A DNA stretch of 64,000 nt from Halorutilales archaeon Cl-col2-1 (GTDB taxonomy: Archaea; Halobacteriota; Halobacteria; Halobacteriales; Afararchaeaceae), in assembly GCA_041891055.1 (NCBI GenBank), contig CP169074.1, positions 416,001-480,000 of the forward strand. The letters are read 5' to 3'. Positions 42,037 through 50,195 of the stretch are shown here, piece by piece. How positions within the stretch are numbered: position 1 is the stretch's first letter; every line of letters begins with the position of its first letter. Position numbers and translations under genes: made by a program. A model generated the notes under the pieces. It made no database searches. It saw nothing but the letters and a program-made list of their open reading frames with translations, and was not told the DNA's origin.

Positions 42037-42922
42037 TAGGGAAGACGTCTCGTCTTCTGGCGAGACATACGTGATAGTCGAAGACGAACTCGAAGCCGAG
42101 AATAAGACGGAAGCCGAGGTCGTCAGACCCGGCGAGGCGTCGGTCTCGCCCCTCGACAGAGGCTTCCTGTACGGTGACGCAGTCTTCGAGACGTTACGGT
42201 GTTACGGATCGAGTCCCGCGTTTCTCGGCAGACACACCCAGCGTCTCAACTCGGCTCTCGACGAAGTCGGAATACCCGCGTCATTCACTGTTGATGACCT
42301 CGAATCACGTATACGGCGGCTTCTCGATAGAATACACGACGACGCGGGCTACGAGATAGACGCTTACGTCCGTGTTTCGGTCACTAGGGGCGAGAGACGC
42401 GGGCTCCTGTCCCCCACCGAGAAGTCTCCGACACTCGTCGCCGTAGCCAAGGCGTTAGACGGATCTAGGAGGTATCCGCCCGCAGACGTCGAGGTGGTCG
42501 AAGAGACGAGACCCGATGGAGCCATGGGAAGTCTCAAGACACATAACTACCTGCCGAATATACTCGCGAAGTCGGAGACTGAGACTGACGAGGCTCTGAT
42601 GCTCGACGGATCGGGATGTGTAGCCTCGGGCGCGGTCTCGAACGTCTTCTTCTTCGACTCCGACGGCGTCCTCGTGACCCCCGGGACACGTATACGTAAA
42701 GGTGTCACGCGTGAGGTCGTCTTGGAGACAGCCGAAAGTCTCGGGATCGAGGTCAGAGAGAAGAATCCAAGACGTGACGCAGTCGACGAATATGTCTCGG
42801 GCTTCCTCACTAACTCGACCTGGGGCGTGCGGCGTATATCGAGCATCGACGGACGCCGACTCGGAGACTCTGAGAAAGTAGAGGCACTTGCCGACGAGTA
42901 TATCAAACGAGCGACTTTGTGA
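42026..42922 (+). CDS. pabC: Class IV aminotransferase / aminodeoxychorismate lyase
   Basis: DRGFLYGDAVFET, LKT.NY, GVTR, TNS. Confidence 0.82.
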   Translation: MSGNREDVSSSGETYVIVEDELEAENKTEAEVVRPGEASVSPLDRGFLYGDAVFETLRCYGSSPAFLGRHTQRLNSALDEVGIPASFTVDDLESRIRRLLDRIHDDAGYEIDAYVRVSVTRGERRGLLSPTEKSPTLVAVAKALDGSRRYPPADVEVVEETRPDGAMGSLKTHNYLPNILAKSETETDEALMLDGSGCVASGAVSNVFFFDSDGVLVTPGTRIRKGVTREVVLETAESLGIEVREKNPRRDAVDEYVSGFLTNSTWGVRRISSIDGRRLGDSEKVEALADEYIKRATL

Positions 42923-42937
42923 TACTTCGTGCGGTGC

Positions 42938-43978
42938 TCAAGGCTTCACGAGAACCTTGATCGCCTCGCGGTCGTCCATCGCACGGTAGCCCTCAGCGAT
43001 CTCGTCGAGACTCACCGTCTTCGTGAATACCGGTGATGGATCGAGAGTACCCTGTAAGACGTCTTCCATGAGATCGTCGATGTACCCCCGGACGGGAGCG
43101 ACGCCTCCACGTAACTCGACGTTCTTCCGGAAGAAAGAGAAGAGATCCATGCCTCCCTCTTCGACGCCGTATGGGACTCCGACGTATCCGACAGTACCTC
43201 CAGGTCTACACACCTCGACAGCGGTCTCCATCGAAGACGCCGCACCTACACATTCGAGTACGTGGTTGGCACCGCCGTATGTGAGTTCACGTACGCGTTC
43301 GATGGCTTCCTCACCCCTCTCCGAGACTGTCTGGGTCGCTCCGAACTCCTCGGCGACTTCGAGCCTGTCGTCGTGGTGTCCCACCGCAATTACACGTTCG
43401 GCTCCGAGACGGCTTGCGGCTAGGACTCCACAGAGACCAACCGCTCCGTCCCCTATAACTACACACGTGTCGCCCTCTCCGACGCGGGCACTCTTCGCGG
43501 CGTGGTGTCCCGTACCCATGACGTCGGTGAGGGGAAGAAGGGCTTCGAGTGTGTCGTCGTCGGCGGCGTGTCTGTCAGGTATTCTCACGAGAGTTCCGTC
43601 GGCGTAGGGACACCGGACGTACTCTCCCTGTGCCCCGCCGTTTTCGTCGTCCCACGACTCGGATTTAACGCACGACGTGTAGAGACCCTTCCTGCAGAAC
43701 TCACAGTCTCCACAGCTTATAGAGAAGGGTGCCAGGACGCGGTCTCCGGGCTCGACAGACGTGACGTCGTCGCCGACCTCCTCGACTATCCCCATCGGCT
43801 CGTGACCAACGCGTGAACCCGGCTCCTGATCCTTCTCGCCGCGGTAGAACCAGAGGTCAGAGCCACAGATCGCAGTGTGTGTGATACGTACCACGGCGTC
43901 GTTCGGGCTGTCGACCTCCGGCTTCGGAACCTCCTCGACTGATATATCTCCGGGCGAGTTATAGACTGCGGCTCTCAT
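42938..43978 (-). CDS. Zinc-dependent alcohol dehydrogenase
   Basis: ICGSD, GHE, CGDCEFC..C, GDGAVG. Start at ATG 43978. Confidence 0.92.
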   Translation of the reverse strand: MRAAVYNSPGDISVEEVPKPEVDSPNDAVVRITHTAICGSDLWFYRGEKDQEPGSRVGHEPMGIVEEVGDDVTSVEPGDRVLAPFSISCGDCEFCRKGLYTSCVKSESWDDENGGAQGEYVRCPYADGTLVRIPDRHAADDDTLEALLPLTDVMGTGHHAAKSARVGEGDTCVVIGDGAVGLCGVLAASRLGAERVIAVGHHDDRLEVAEEFGATQTVSERGEEAIERVRELTYGGANHVLECVGAASSMETAVEVCRPGGTVGYVGVPYGVEEGGMDLFSFFRKNVELRGGVAPVRGYIDDLMEDVLQGTLDPSPVFTKTVSLDEIAEGYRAMDDREAIKVLVKP

Positions 43979-44080
43979 ATACGTATATCCTCGTCGGGGC
44001 TGTAAAAGCCTTCCACTGCGTTCTCGCCTATACATATAGGCTCCGTCTTTTTCGGAGTCGAGGGAGTACTTAGACACGAG

Positions 44081-44632
44081 ATGAACCGAGTAAACGGACT
44101 CCCGACTCAGAAGCTGGAGAGCCTCCTCGAAGACGTCAACCAGAACCCCGAAGCCGCGTCGTTCACCTTCCGATCCGAGACCGAGTGGACGGGCGGGTTT
44201 TCGAGCGTAACGAGGATATCCGACTTCGATCACAACGGCGAGACGGTCGAATCCCCCGAGTTCGAGATCGTCGGCGACGAGCCAGAGGCACTTCTCGGAG
44301 AACGCGAGGGGCCTAACGCAGTAGAGCTACTCCTTGGCGCGGTTGGGTCGTGTCTCAGCGTCACCTACTCGGGACACGCAGCCGCGAAAGGCATCGAGAT
44401 AGAAGATATGGAGTTCGAGTTCGAGGGCGAGTTAGACCTCCGCGGATTCCTCGGAATCGGTGACGTCAGACCCGGCTACGACGAGATAAGCTGTAGACTG
44501 AGTATAGAGACCGAAGCCTCCGAAGAAGAGATCGAGGATCTCCACGAGGAGGTCAAACAGACCTCGCCACTCTACGACAACGTCACTAACGAGGTCAGCC
44601 TCGACATCTCTCTTGCAACTGATACATATTGA
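44081..44632 (+). CDS. OsmC-family protein
   Basis: DEPEALLG..GPNAVELLLGAVGSC..DLRGFLG..RPGY..TSP. Confidence 0.88.
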   Translation: MNRVNGLPTQKLESLLEDVNQNPEAASFTFRSETEWTGGFSSVTRISDFDHNGETVESPEFEIVGDEPEALLGEREGPNAVELLLGAVGSCLSVTYSGHAAAKGIEIEDMEFEFEGELDLRGFLGIGDVRPGYDEISCRLSIETEASEEEIEDLHEEVKQTSPLYDNVTNEVSLDISLATDTY

Positions 44633-44642
44633 TACTGACACA

Positions 44643-44816
44643 ATGATATGTGAAAGCTGTGTCTACTATCCGCCCAACCTCCAGAGAGCCGACTACTCCG
44701 ACGAAGAGTGGGAGGAGCTTCAGTCAGTCGACTGTTCGGTAGGAGCCGAGCCCGGGGACGAAGTATGTGACGAGTTCCGGACTGACTCTTGTGACTTGGT
44801 CAGCCTCCGAGAATAG
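44643..44816 (+). CDS. Small acidic Cys-rich protein (57 aa)
   Basis: MICESCVYYPPN...C...C...C; starts 10 bp after the OsmC stop. Confidence 0.55.
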   Translation: MICESCVYYPPNLQRADYSDEEWEELQSVDCSVGAEPGDEVCDEFRTDSCDLVSLRE

Positions 44817-46080
44817 ACGAGAGTATCTCGCTCTCGGCTTCACGTATGTGTTCTGAGAAGGTGGGCTGAGAGATCCCGAGCATATCGGCGACCTCGTCGG
44901 AGGTCTTACGTCTCGGATACTCGAAGTATCCGCTGAGATAAGCCGTCTCCAGGACTTCCGTCTGTCTCCTCGTCAGACCGTCAGTCGGTGAGGACACGAC
45001 ACGTCTGTCTCCGGATACGTCTCCGTCTGTGTCTTCACCCACGATCCCGCGTCCTCTGGGTCTTCTCGCGGGATCACGTCTTGCTAGTATCTCCACTCCT
45101 TCGTACTCCGACTCTAACGACTCCATTAGACCCGACACGTCAGACTCGGGCGGAAGACGGGCTACTACTGTTCCCTCGCCGTCGTCAGCGGCTGCCGTCT
45201 CAAGCTTGCCCCCGTACTCGGCTATGACTGCGGCTATACACGGCTTCGAGGTGACTACAGCCCATCTACATCTACTCTCGGTCGCGGTGTCATCCGGGAC
45301 GGCTATCCTCGCGTACTCGTCAATCTTCCCGAACCCCTCCGCTATCTCACGTATCTCAGAGTCGGCGGTACCGTCTACCTCTACTGTGAGTATCTGGAGG
45401 AATCTACCGTCAGGACGTTGTACCATGCTTTCGATCTCGACAGTCGAAGACAGCTCTTCCGAGACATAGACAGAGAAGAGACGTGAGTCCGAGACACCGA
45501 ACTCAAGCTCGACGTATCTGTCTGACAGGAGGCTCTTTCTCGTCTCGGCGGAGCTTATAGTGAATCCTACGAGGTCGCTCAGGCTCTCAAAGGTCTGTAC
45601 CTCGTCGTCGCCGAAACGTCTCTCGGAAACCACACCGAGGACACCGTAGGGAACGTCCTCGAAACTTATCGGAACTGTGGCTATGTACTCAGTCTCGGCG
45701 TCGGTACCCGTGTCTGTGTCGTCGGTATCTGTATCTGTGTCTGTGTCTGGCGTACCGCGGCTCTCGACGACTCGTCTCTCACGTCTCCCGGCGGATTCGA
45801 GGACGGCTTCCTTCTCTGTGTCTGATAGGAACTCTCTTGGATCTGTCTCCCCTTCGACGCCGTACTCACGTAAGACGACCTCGTTCCGATTTTTCACCTC
45901 AGAAACCCAGGCTCGTGTGTACGTCGCTGTCGAGGTAAGAGTTTCACAGACTGCTTCCTCTATGCCCTCACGTGTCCTCCTCTCAAGTATCTCGTCGGAA
46001 CTCTCACGGAGTATGTCTGTCACTACATACTGTAGTAGTCTCGTGACGAAATACGTTCCCACTCCTTCTCGGATAGACAA
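44800..46080 (-). CDS. Bat-like transcription regulator (GAF + HTH_10)
   Basis: GAF (ATVPI..YGVL) and LTRRQTEVLETAYLSGYFEYPR..T..EVA..LGISQPTFSEHIR. Start uncertain. Confidence 0.88.
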   Translation of the reverse strand: MSIREGVGTYFVTRLLQYVVTDILRESSDEILERRTREGIEEAVCETLTSTATYTRAWVSEVKNRNEVVLREYGVEGETDPREFLSDTEKEAVLESAGRRERRVVESRGTPDTDTDTDTDDTDTGTDAETEYIATVPISFEDVPYGVLGVVSERRFGDDEVQTFESLSDLVGFTISSAETRKSLLSDRYVELEFGVSDSRLFSVYVSEELSSTVEIESMVQRPDGRFLQILTVEVDGTADSEIREIAEGFGKIDEYARIAVPDDTATESRCRWAVVTSKPCIAAVIAEYGGKLETAAADDGEGTVVARLPPESDVSGLMESLESEYEGVEILARRDPARRPRGRGIVGEDTDGDVSGDRRVVSSPTDGLTRRQTEVLETAYLSGYFEYPRRKTSDEVADMLGISQPTFSEHIREAESEILSSILGG

Positions 46081-46085
46081 GATAC

Positions 46086-46535
46086 TTGAGAGTTCGGAAG
46101 ATACTCACGGACGTGTTAGACTTAGCCTCTATATTGGGGTTCCTCAAGGACTCGTCCTCTGAGTCGAGGGACTACTACTCACCCCACTCGTCGGAGGTGT
46201 TGAACGAGGCGACCGAGGGTCTAGACATATCCACATCCGAGGCTGACAGACTCCTACAGAAGTTCGAGGAGGCAGTTCTGACGGAATCCGTACTGTCGGA
46301 TCTCAGAGACAGGGCAGCCGGAGACGGTGGCTCTTCGGGGTTTATCTACATCGCAGACGAGAGTCAGAGGTATCTCGTAATCGGGGGTGCCTCACGTCTC
46401 TACGACGGTCTCTCAGAGGAGGTGCTGTCAGAGGATGACGTCGAGGTTATACGGCGGATCTACGACGTCGCTGCGTCGAAGAACGGAGATAGCGAGGACA
46501 TAGCCCTTGAGGACGTAATCTTCGTGGAGAAGTAG
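46086..46535 (+). CDS. Hypothetical acidic protein
   Basis: Acidic ORF filling the gap; start doubtful, only 5 bp from the divergent start. Confidence 0.5.
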   Translation: MRVRKILTDVLDLASILGFLKDSSSESRDYYSPHSSEVLNEATEGLDISTSEADRLLQKFEEAVLTESVLSDLRDRAAGDGGSSGFIYIADESQRYLVIGGASRLYDGLSEEVLSEDDVEVIRRIYDVAASKNGDSEDIALEDVIFVEK

Positions 46536-46820
46536 TTCACTTTGTCCATATACGGTAATATTTCCATGACTCCTAAACTTTTACATATATTCCACATCCT
46601 ACGGAAGATTTAATATTTACTGGAGATATGACTTATCAGATGTCGAAATCCGACACCACGTCTGAGAGGATAGGAGTTCTGACAGAGGAGATCCAAGGCT
46701 TCCTGTCTGTGATCTCAGCCGAGCCCGGATTACACAGAACCGACCCCGTAACCACAGTCGGGGACGCAGTCTCGGAGACATGTCCTCGTCTCAGTCGGTT
46801 CTTCTTTCTCTTTTTAGTCT

Positions 46821-47795
46821 TCAGACGACGTCGTCGAACGACCTCCACAGACGTATCTCGAAGACTGTGCCCTCGGGATAGCTGTCCCTGACCCGTATGT
46901 CACCCCTGTACTCCTCCACCAGCTTGTCGGCGAAGAAGAGAGAGATTCCCTCTCCGTGCCGAAGGTCGTCCTTTTCCTCGTGTCCGAAGACGAGACTCCT
47001 GTCTTCCTCGGGAATACCCGGACCGTTGTCCTCTACTGAGACAGTCACACTGAGCCGGTTTCTCTCGACGTCTATCTCAAGACGCGGCTCGTCTTTGTCG
47101 TTGTGTACGACTCCGTTCTCAGCCACGGCTCGGATGACTGATCTCAGATCTTCGTCAGCCACGACTTTCAGACTGTCTGTCCCGTCGAGTCCGAGACGTA
47201 TATCGGCTTCGTCGAACCTCTCCCTGAGCCTCTCGACCTCTTCTTCGAGTATTCTGTCGAGACTAACCGAGTGAAGCCGTCGGCTTTCTGCGAGTATGCT
47301 TTCGAGACGACGGGCTTTACTCGCAGTCCTGTCCATCCTCTCGATCTCCCTCTCCGACTTAGCTAGGTGATCCCGAACCCGGGAGTAGTCTCCGTTCTCG
47401 ATCTTGGTCTCTACGAGGTCTATCTGTCCCTTGATTACCGTAAGGCTGTTTCTGAGATCGTGTCTCATCACCCTGTCGAGGACGTCCTTGCCTTCCTTTA
47501 TCTTCTTCTCCTCGTTTATGACTCCGAGTGCGAAGTAGGCTGAGAATCCGGCAATCAGGTTAGTAGCCGTCTCTACAGCCTCGAACTTCGAGACTATCAC
47601 TGCGTCCCCCGTCTGTATGAATGAGACCGTCTCAACTGACTGGTGTATAGCCATCGACCAGAGTAGTAAGACTACAGTCAAGGGCTTCCAGCTTCTCAGC
47701 CTGTTTGTCCTGAGTATTACGTGTGATATAGTGAGGAACAGAAACACCATCGGAAACACGCTGTACAGATATATCTCCCATGTCCCATCAAACAT
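46821..47795 (-). CDS. Membrane-bound histidine kinase
   Basis: Three N-terminal TMs, RHDLRN, ENGVVHN, DNGPG, HGEGISL. Confidence 0.88.
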   Translation of the reverse strand: MFDGTWEIYLYSVFPMVFLFLTISHVILRTNRLRSWKPLTVVLLLWSMAIHQSVETVSFIQTGDAVIVSKFEAVETATNLIAGFSAYFALGVINEEKKIKEGKDVLDRVMRHDLRNSLTVIKGQIDLVETKIENGDYSRVRDHLAKSEREIERMDRTASKARRLESILAESRRLHSVSLDRILEEEVERLRERFDEADIRLGLDGTDSLKVVADEDLRSVIRAVAENGVVHNDKDEPRLEIDVERNRLSVTVSVEDNGPGIPEEDRSLVFGHEEKDDLRHGEGISLFFADKLVEEYRGDIRVRDSYPEGTVFEIRLWRSFDDVV

Positions 47796-47944
47796 ATCCA
47801 GTTCGAGTACACCAACCGTTTTAGATATAATAAGGCTGTTGGTGAGTTGCGGGTGTACGTAAGAGTCAACGGCTCAGCCGAGTTCAGCTTCGGTCCTCAC
47901 GTCTTCAAGGTGCCTTTCGAGACGACTACTCAGAAGAGACTGAC

Positions 47945-48457
47945 TCAGTTTAGAACCCAGAACCGGTAGTTGAGATACGTCGCGAACGAGACCCAGAGGA
48001 GATACGGGAGAAGAGCTACACCGGCGCGTCGGCTCACACGGCTGAACGACCACACAGTAGCCAGGACAAGCAGCCAGAGAACTACTATAGTCAACAGACC
48101 GAGACCTATCCTCCTCATCCCGAAGAAGACAGCCGACCAGCCGATGTTGAAGACGAAATGGAAGGCGAATATACCCGCAGCGAGACGTACCTCAGTTGGC
48201 GACTCCTCGGCTTGACGCCAGACGAGCCAGACCGCAACCCCCATGAGACCGAACAGGAGAGTCCACACGAGACCGAATACCCATCCCGGCGGCAGTATAC
48301 TCGGCTGTCGGAGTGTCTCGTACCATCCGTCGAGTCCGCGTGCGGTGAAGACTGACCCGGATGCACCGACAGCCTCGACACACAGAATACTGAGGACGAG
48401 AGTAGCCAGCGGGCTTTCTCTCGGCAGTCTCCGAAGACGGCTTCTGAGGGATGCCAT
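47945..48457 (-). CDS. tspO: TspO/MBR tryptophan-rich sensory protein
   Basis: WYETL..P..PPGWVFGLVWT, NIGWSAVFF, LLPYLLWVSFATYLN. The track's ATG at 48493 lies inside the IS, so the start is set at 48457. Confidence 0.92.
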   Translation of the reverse strand: MASLRSRLRRLPRESPLATLVLSILCVEAVGASGSVFTARGLDGWYETLRQPSILPPGWVFGLVWTLLFGLMGVAVWLVWRQAEESPTEVRLAAGIFAFHFVFNIGWSAVFFGMRRIGLGLLTIVVLWLLVLATVWSFSRVSRRAGVALLPYLLWVSFATYLNYRFWVLN

Positions 48458-48566
48458 GTAGTTAGAGACACGAGTCCACAGCCTCTTTGACATCCTCCCG
48501 CGCCTAAAGTCGCGGGAATCCCACCTTGGGATATTAGGGTTTGTAGTCTACCTGTTCTTGTGGCAT

Positions 48567-48612
48567 CACCAAATCTACGATTTGGTTAGCCTCCAGATAC
48601 CGCATCTGGAGA
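48567..48612. repeat. 46-bp twin-hairpin micro-insertion A
   Basis: ACCAAATC-TAC-GATTTGGT plus CTCCAGAT-ACCGC-ATCTGGAG; CAC repeated at the junction. Confidence 0.75.
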
Positions 48613-49881
48613 CACTATTCCAGCCGTAGTATCGAACAGATAGACTCCGGGCTGTGCCAAACAGCCGTTACTCATATCCTCCGAGGGAGGACTCTGAGTT
48701 ATCTCTGAACTTCGTTCAGAGGTTAACGAAGCTTTGCTTCGTGATATCTTTCTGCGTATGTTCACCGCACCGTTCACGTCTGCGTTCATCACCGTATCAC
48801 ACGAACTACAGACGTATAGACCACGCTCTACACGGTTGCTGTCGTCTATCTTACCACAACAACAACAGGTCTTTGACGTATTTTCCTCGTCCACTCGGTC
48901 TACCAAGATACCGTACTCTTCGGCTTTGTACTCAAGCAGACGGGTGAAACGGTTGAACTCCCAACCGTGTAACTTCTTGTTACCTGACTTACCCCAGCTA
49001 CGACTCTCTCTGTCTTCGTCCTCTCGTATATCGCTCAAGTCACCTACCGCGATAGTTCCGACACCTTTCTCTACACATCGCTCTACGATGTGGCGAGACA
49101 ACGTGTGAAGGAAGTGGTCTTTCCTACGAGAGAGCTTACGACGCGCGCGTAACGCTCTTTTTGAAGGTCCGTCTTCACCTTCCGTCTGGTACTCTTCCCG
49201 CGTGAAGTAGTGTTTGTCCTGCTTGAGCCGGTTGCCGGGGTAGAGTTCTGCGTCACCGTCTTCGTAGGCTATAGCGACGTAGTTTTTTATTCCGAGGTCG
49301 ATACCCGCTACGTCGTCACCGGGAGCTTCTTCAACGGGAATTTCTTTCTTACAGACGATATGGACTTCCCATCTGTCTCCGTTCCACACCGCTCGTACTT
49401 GCTGTACGTTCTCGACTTCTACGTCTGGACGAGTCTCGTACTCCACGAGGATGTAGTCGCTACGACTCCCTTTTAGGTTCCAGCCTTTGGAGAGTCGTAG
49501 ACGGTTGTACTCGTCGTCGTGCTTGATGCCGCGTTTCTTCCATGTAACGGTAGAGCGTGGGTGGTCGTCGCCACGTTTTCTGTAGCCAGGGGGATTGTTT
49601 TCGTTGTCGGAGTTGTACCAACCGTTGAACGCCTCAGAAAGCTCTTCAAGAACTCTCTGACTGGACTGACTATGTAAGTCCTTGTAGCGTTCGTGGTCTT
49701 TCAACTCCGACTTGAGTTCGCTTTCGTCAGGTATCTCACCGTCTTCGTCCCAGCGTTCTTGGATGTAGTGGCGACCAACGTTCCATAGTTTCGAGGCGGA
49801 AAACCCGCACTTGTCGAGGTCGTCTTTGACCTGACTATGATTGGCTATCTTGCCAACATAGGTGCGGGTTGTTTCCAACAC
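48586..49881 (-). CDS. tnpB: TnpB nuclease, C-terminus altered by insertions
   Basis: GTG start (LETTRTY), PPGYRK, GIDLG, TSKTC..CG..CSSC, NADVNGAVNI. Original stop probably 48534-48536. Confidence 0.92.
   Translation of the reverse strand: MLETTRTYVGKIANHSQVKDDLDKCGFSASKLWNVGRHYIQERWDEDGEIPDESELKSELKDHERYKDLHSQSSQRVLEELSEAFNGWYNSDNENNPPGYRKRGDDHPRSTVTWKKRGIKHDDEYNRLRLSKGWNLKGSRSDYILVEYETRPDVEVENVQQVRAVWNGDRWEVHIVCKKEIPVEEAPGDDVAGIDLGIKNYVAIAYEDGDAELYPGNRLKQDKHYFTREEYQTEGEDGPSKRALRARRKLSRRKDHFLHTLSRHIVERCVEKGVGTIAVGDLSDIREDEDRESRSWGKSGNKKLHGWEFNRFTRLLEYKAEEYGILVDRVDEENTSKTCCCCGKIDDSNRVERGLYVCSSCDTVMNADVNGAVNIRRKISRSKASLTSERSSEITQSPPSEDMSNGCLAQPGVYLFDTTAGIVSPDAVSGG
48700..48744. repeat. 45-bp twin-hairpin micro-insertion B
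   Basis: CTCTGAAC-TTC-GTTCAGAG plus ACGAAGC-TTT-GCTTCGT; TATCT repeated at the junction. Confidence 0.78.
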
Positions 49882-49976
49882 ATAATCGGTTATGTACCGT
49901 TCTATATTAAAGGAAACGAATATCCAAAACAGTCTGCACTTCATGGTTAGCTGAGTAGTTCGACGGATTCATCACC

Positions 49977-50027
49977 CGTCATCAGACGCGGAGCGTCTGA
50001 TTGGCTCGTAAATCTTCGATTTACGAA
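49977..50027. repeat. 51-bp twin-hairpin micro-insertion C
   Basis: ATCAGACGC-GGA-GCGTCTGAT plus TCGTAAATC-TTC-GATTTACGA; CG repeated at the junction. Confidence 0.82.
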
Positions 50028-50195
50028 CGCCTAAAGGCGGGTGTATTCTCCTGTACTATCTATAAACTGACGCCGCCGAACCGATCTATCTCATTTCTAA
50101 ACTGAGTTCTACCTCAGTCATACTCCAGTGTTTGAAGACCCCGCTTGGAGATAGCCTGCACAAATGCTTTAAATAGGTGATCTGTAGTCGGTTCC

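Larger units (their letters stand above)
48487..50061 (-). mobile_element. IS200/IS605-family tnpB-only element 2, carrying three micro-insertions
   Basis: Minus strand: TTAT | AGATAG...AATA-CACCCGCC-TTTA-GGCG[51 bp]GGTG left end; right end GATT-CCCGCG..CGCGGG-AGGATG-TCAA; no TSD, no tnpA. Confidence 0.9.

Noticed and set aside
46628-46891. Small ORFs on either strand after an AT-rich stretch
   Set aside because: They cross a T-rich terminator-like tract and overlap the kinase 3' end; no motif support.
48458-48493. Longer tspO start (MSKRLW...)
   Set aside because: That ATG lies within the IS right end (GATGTCAA).
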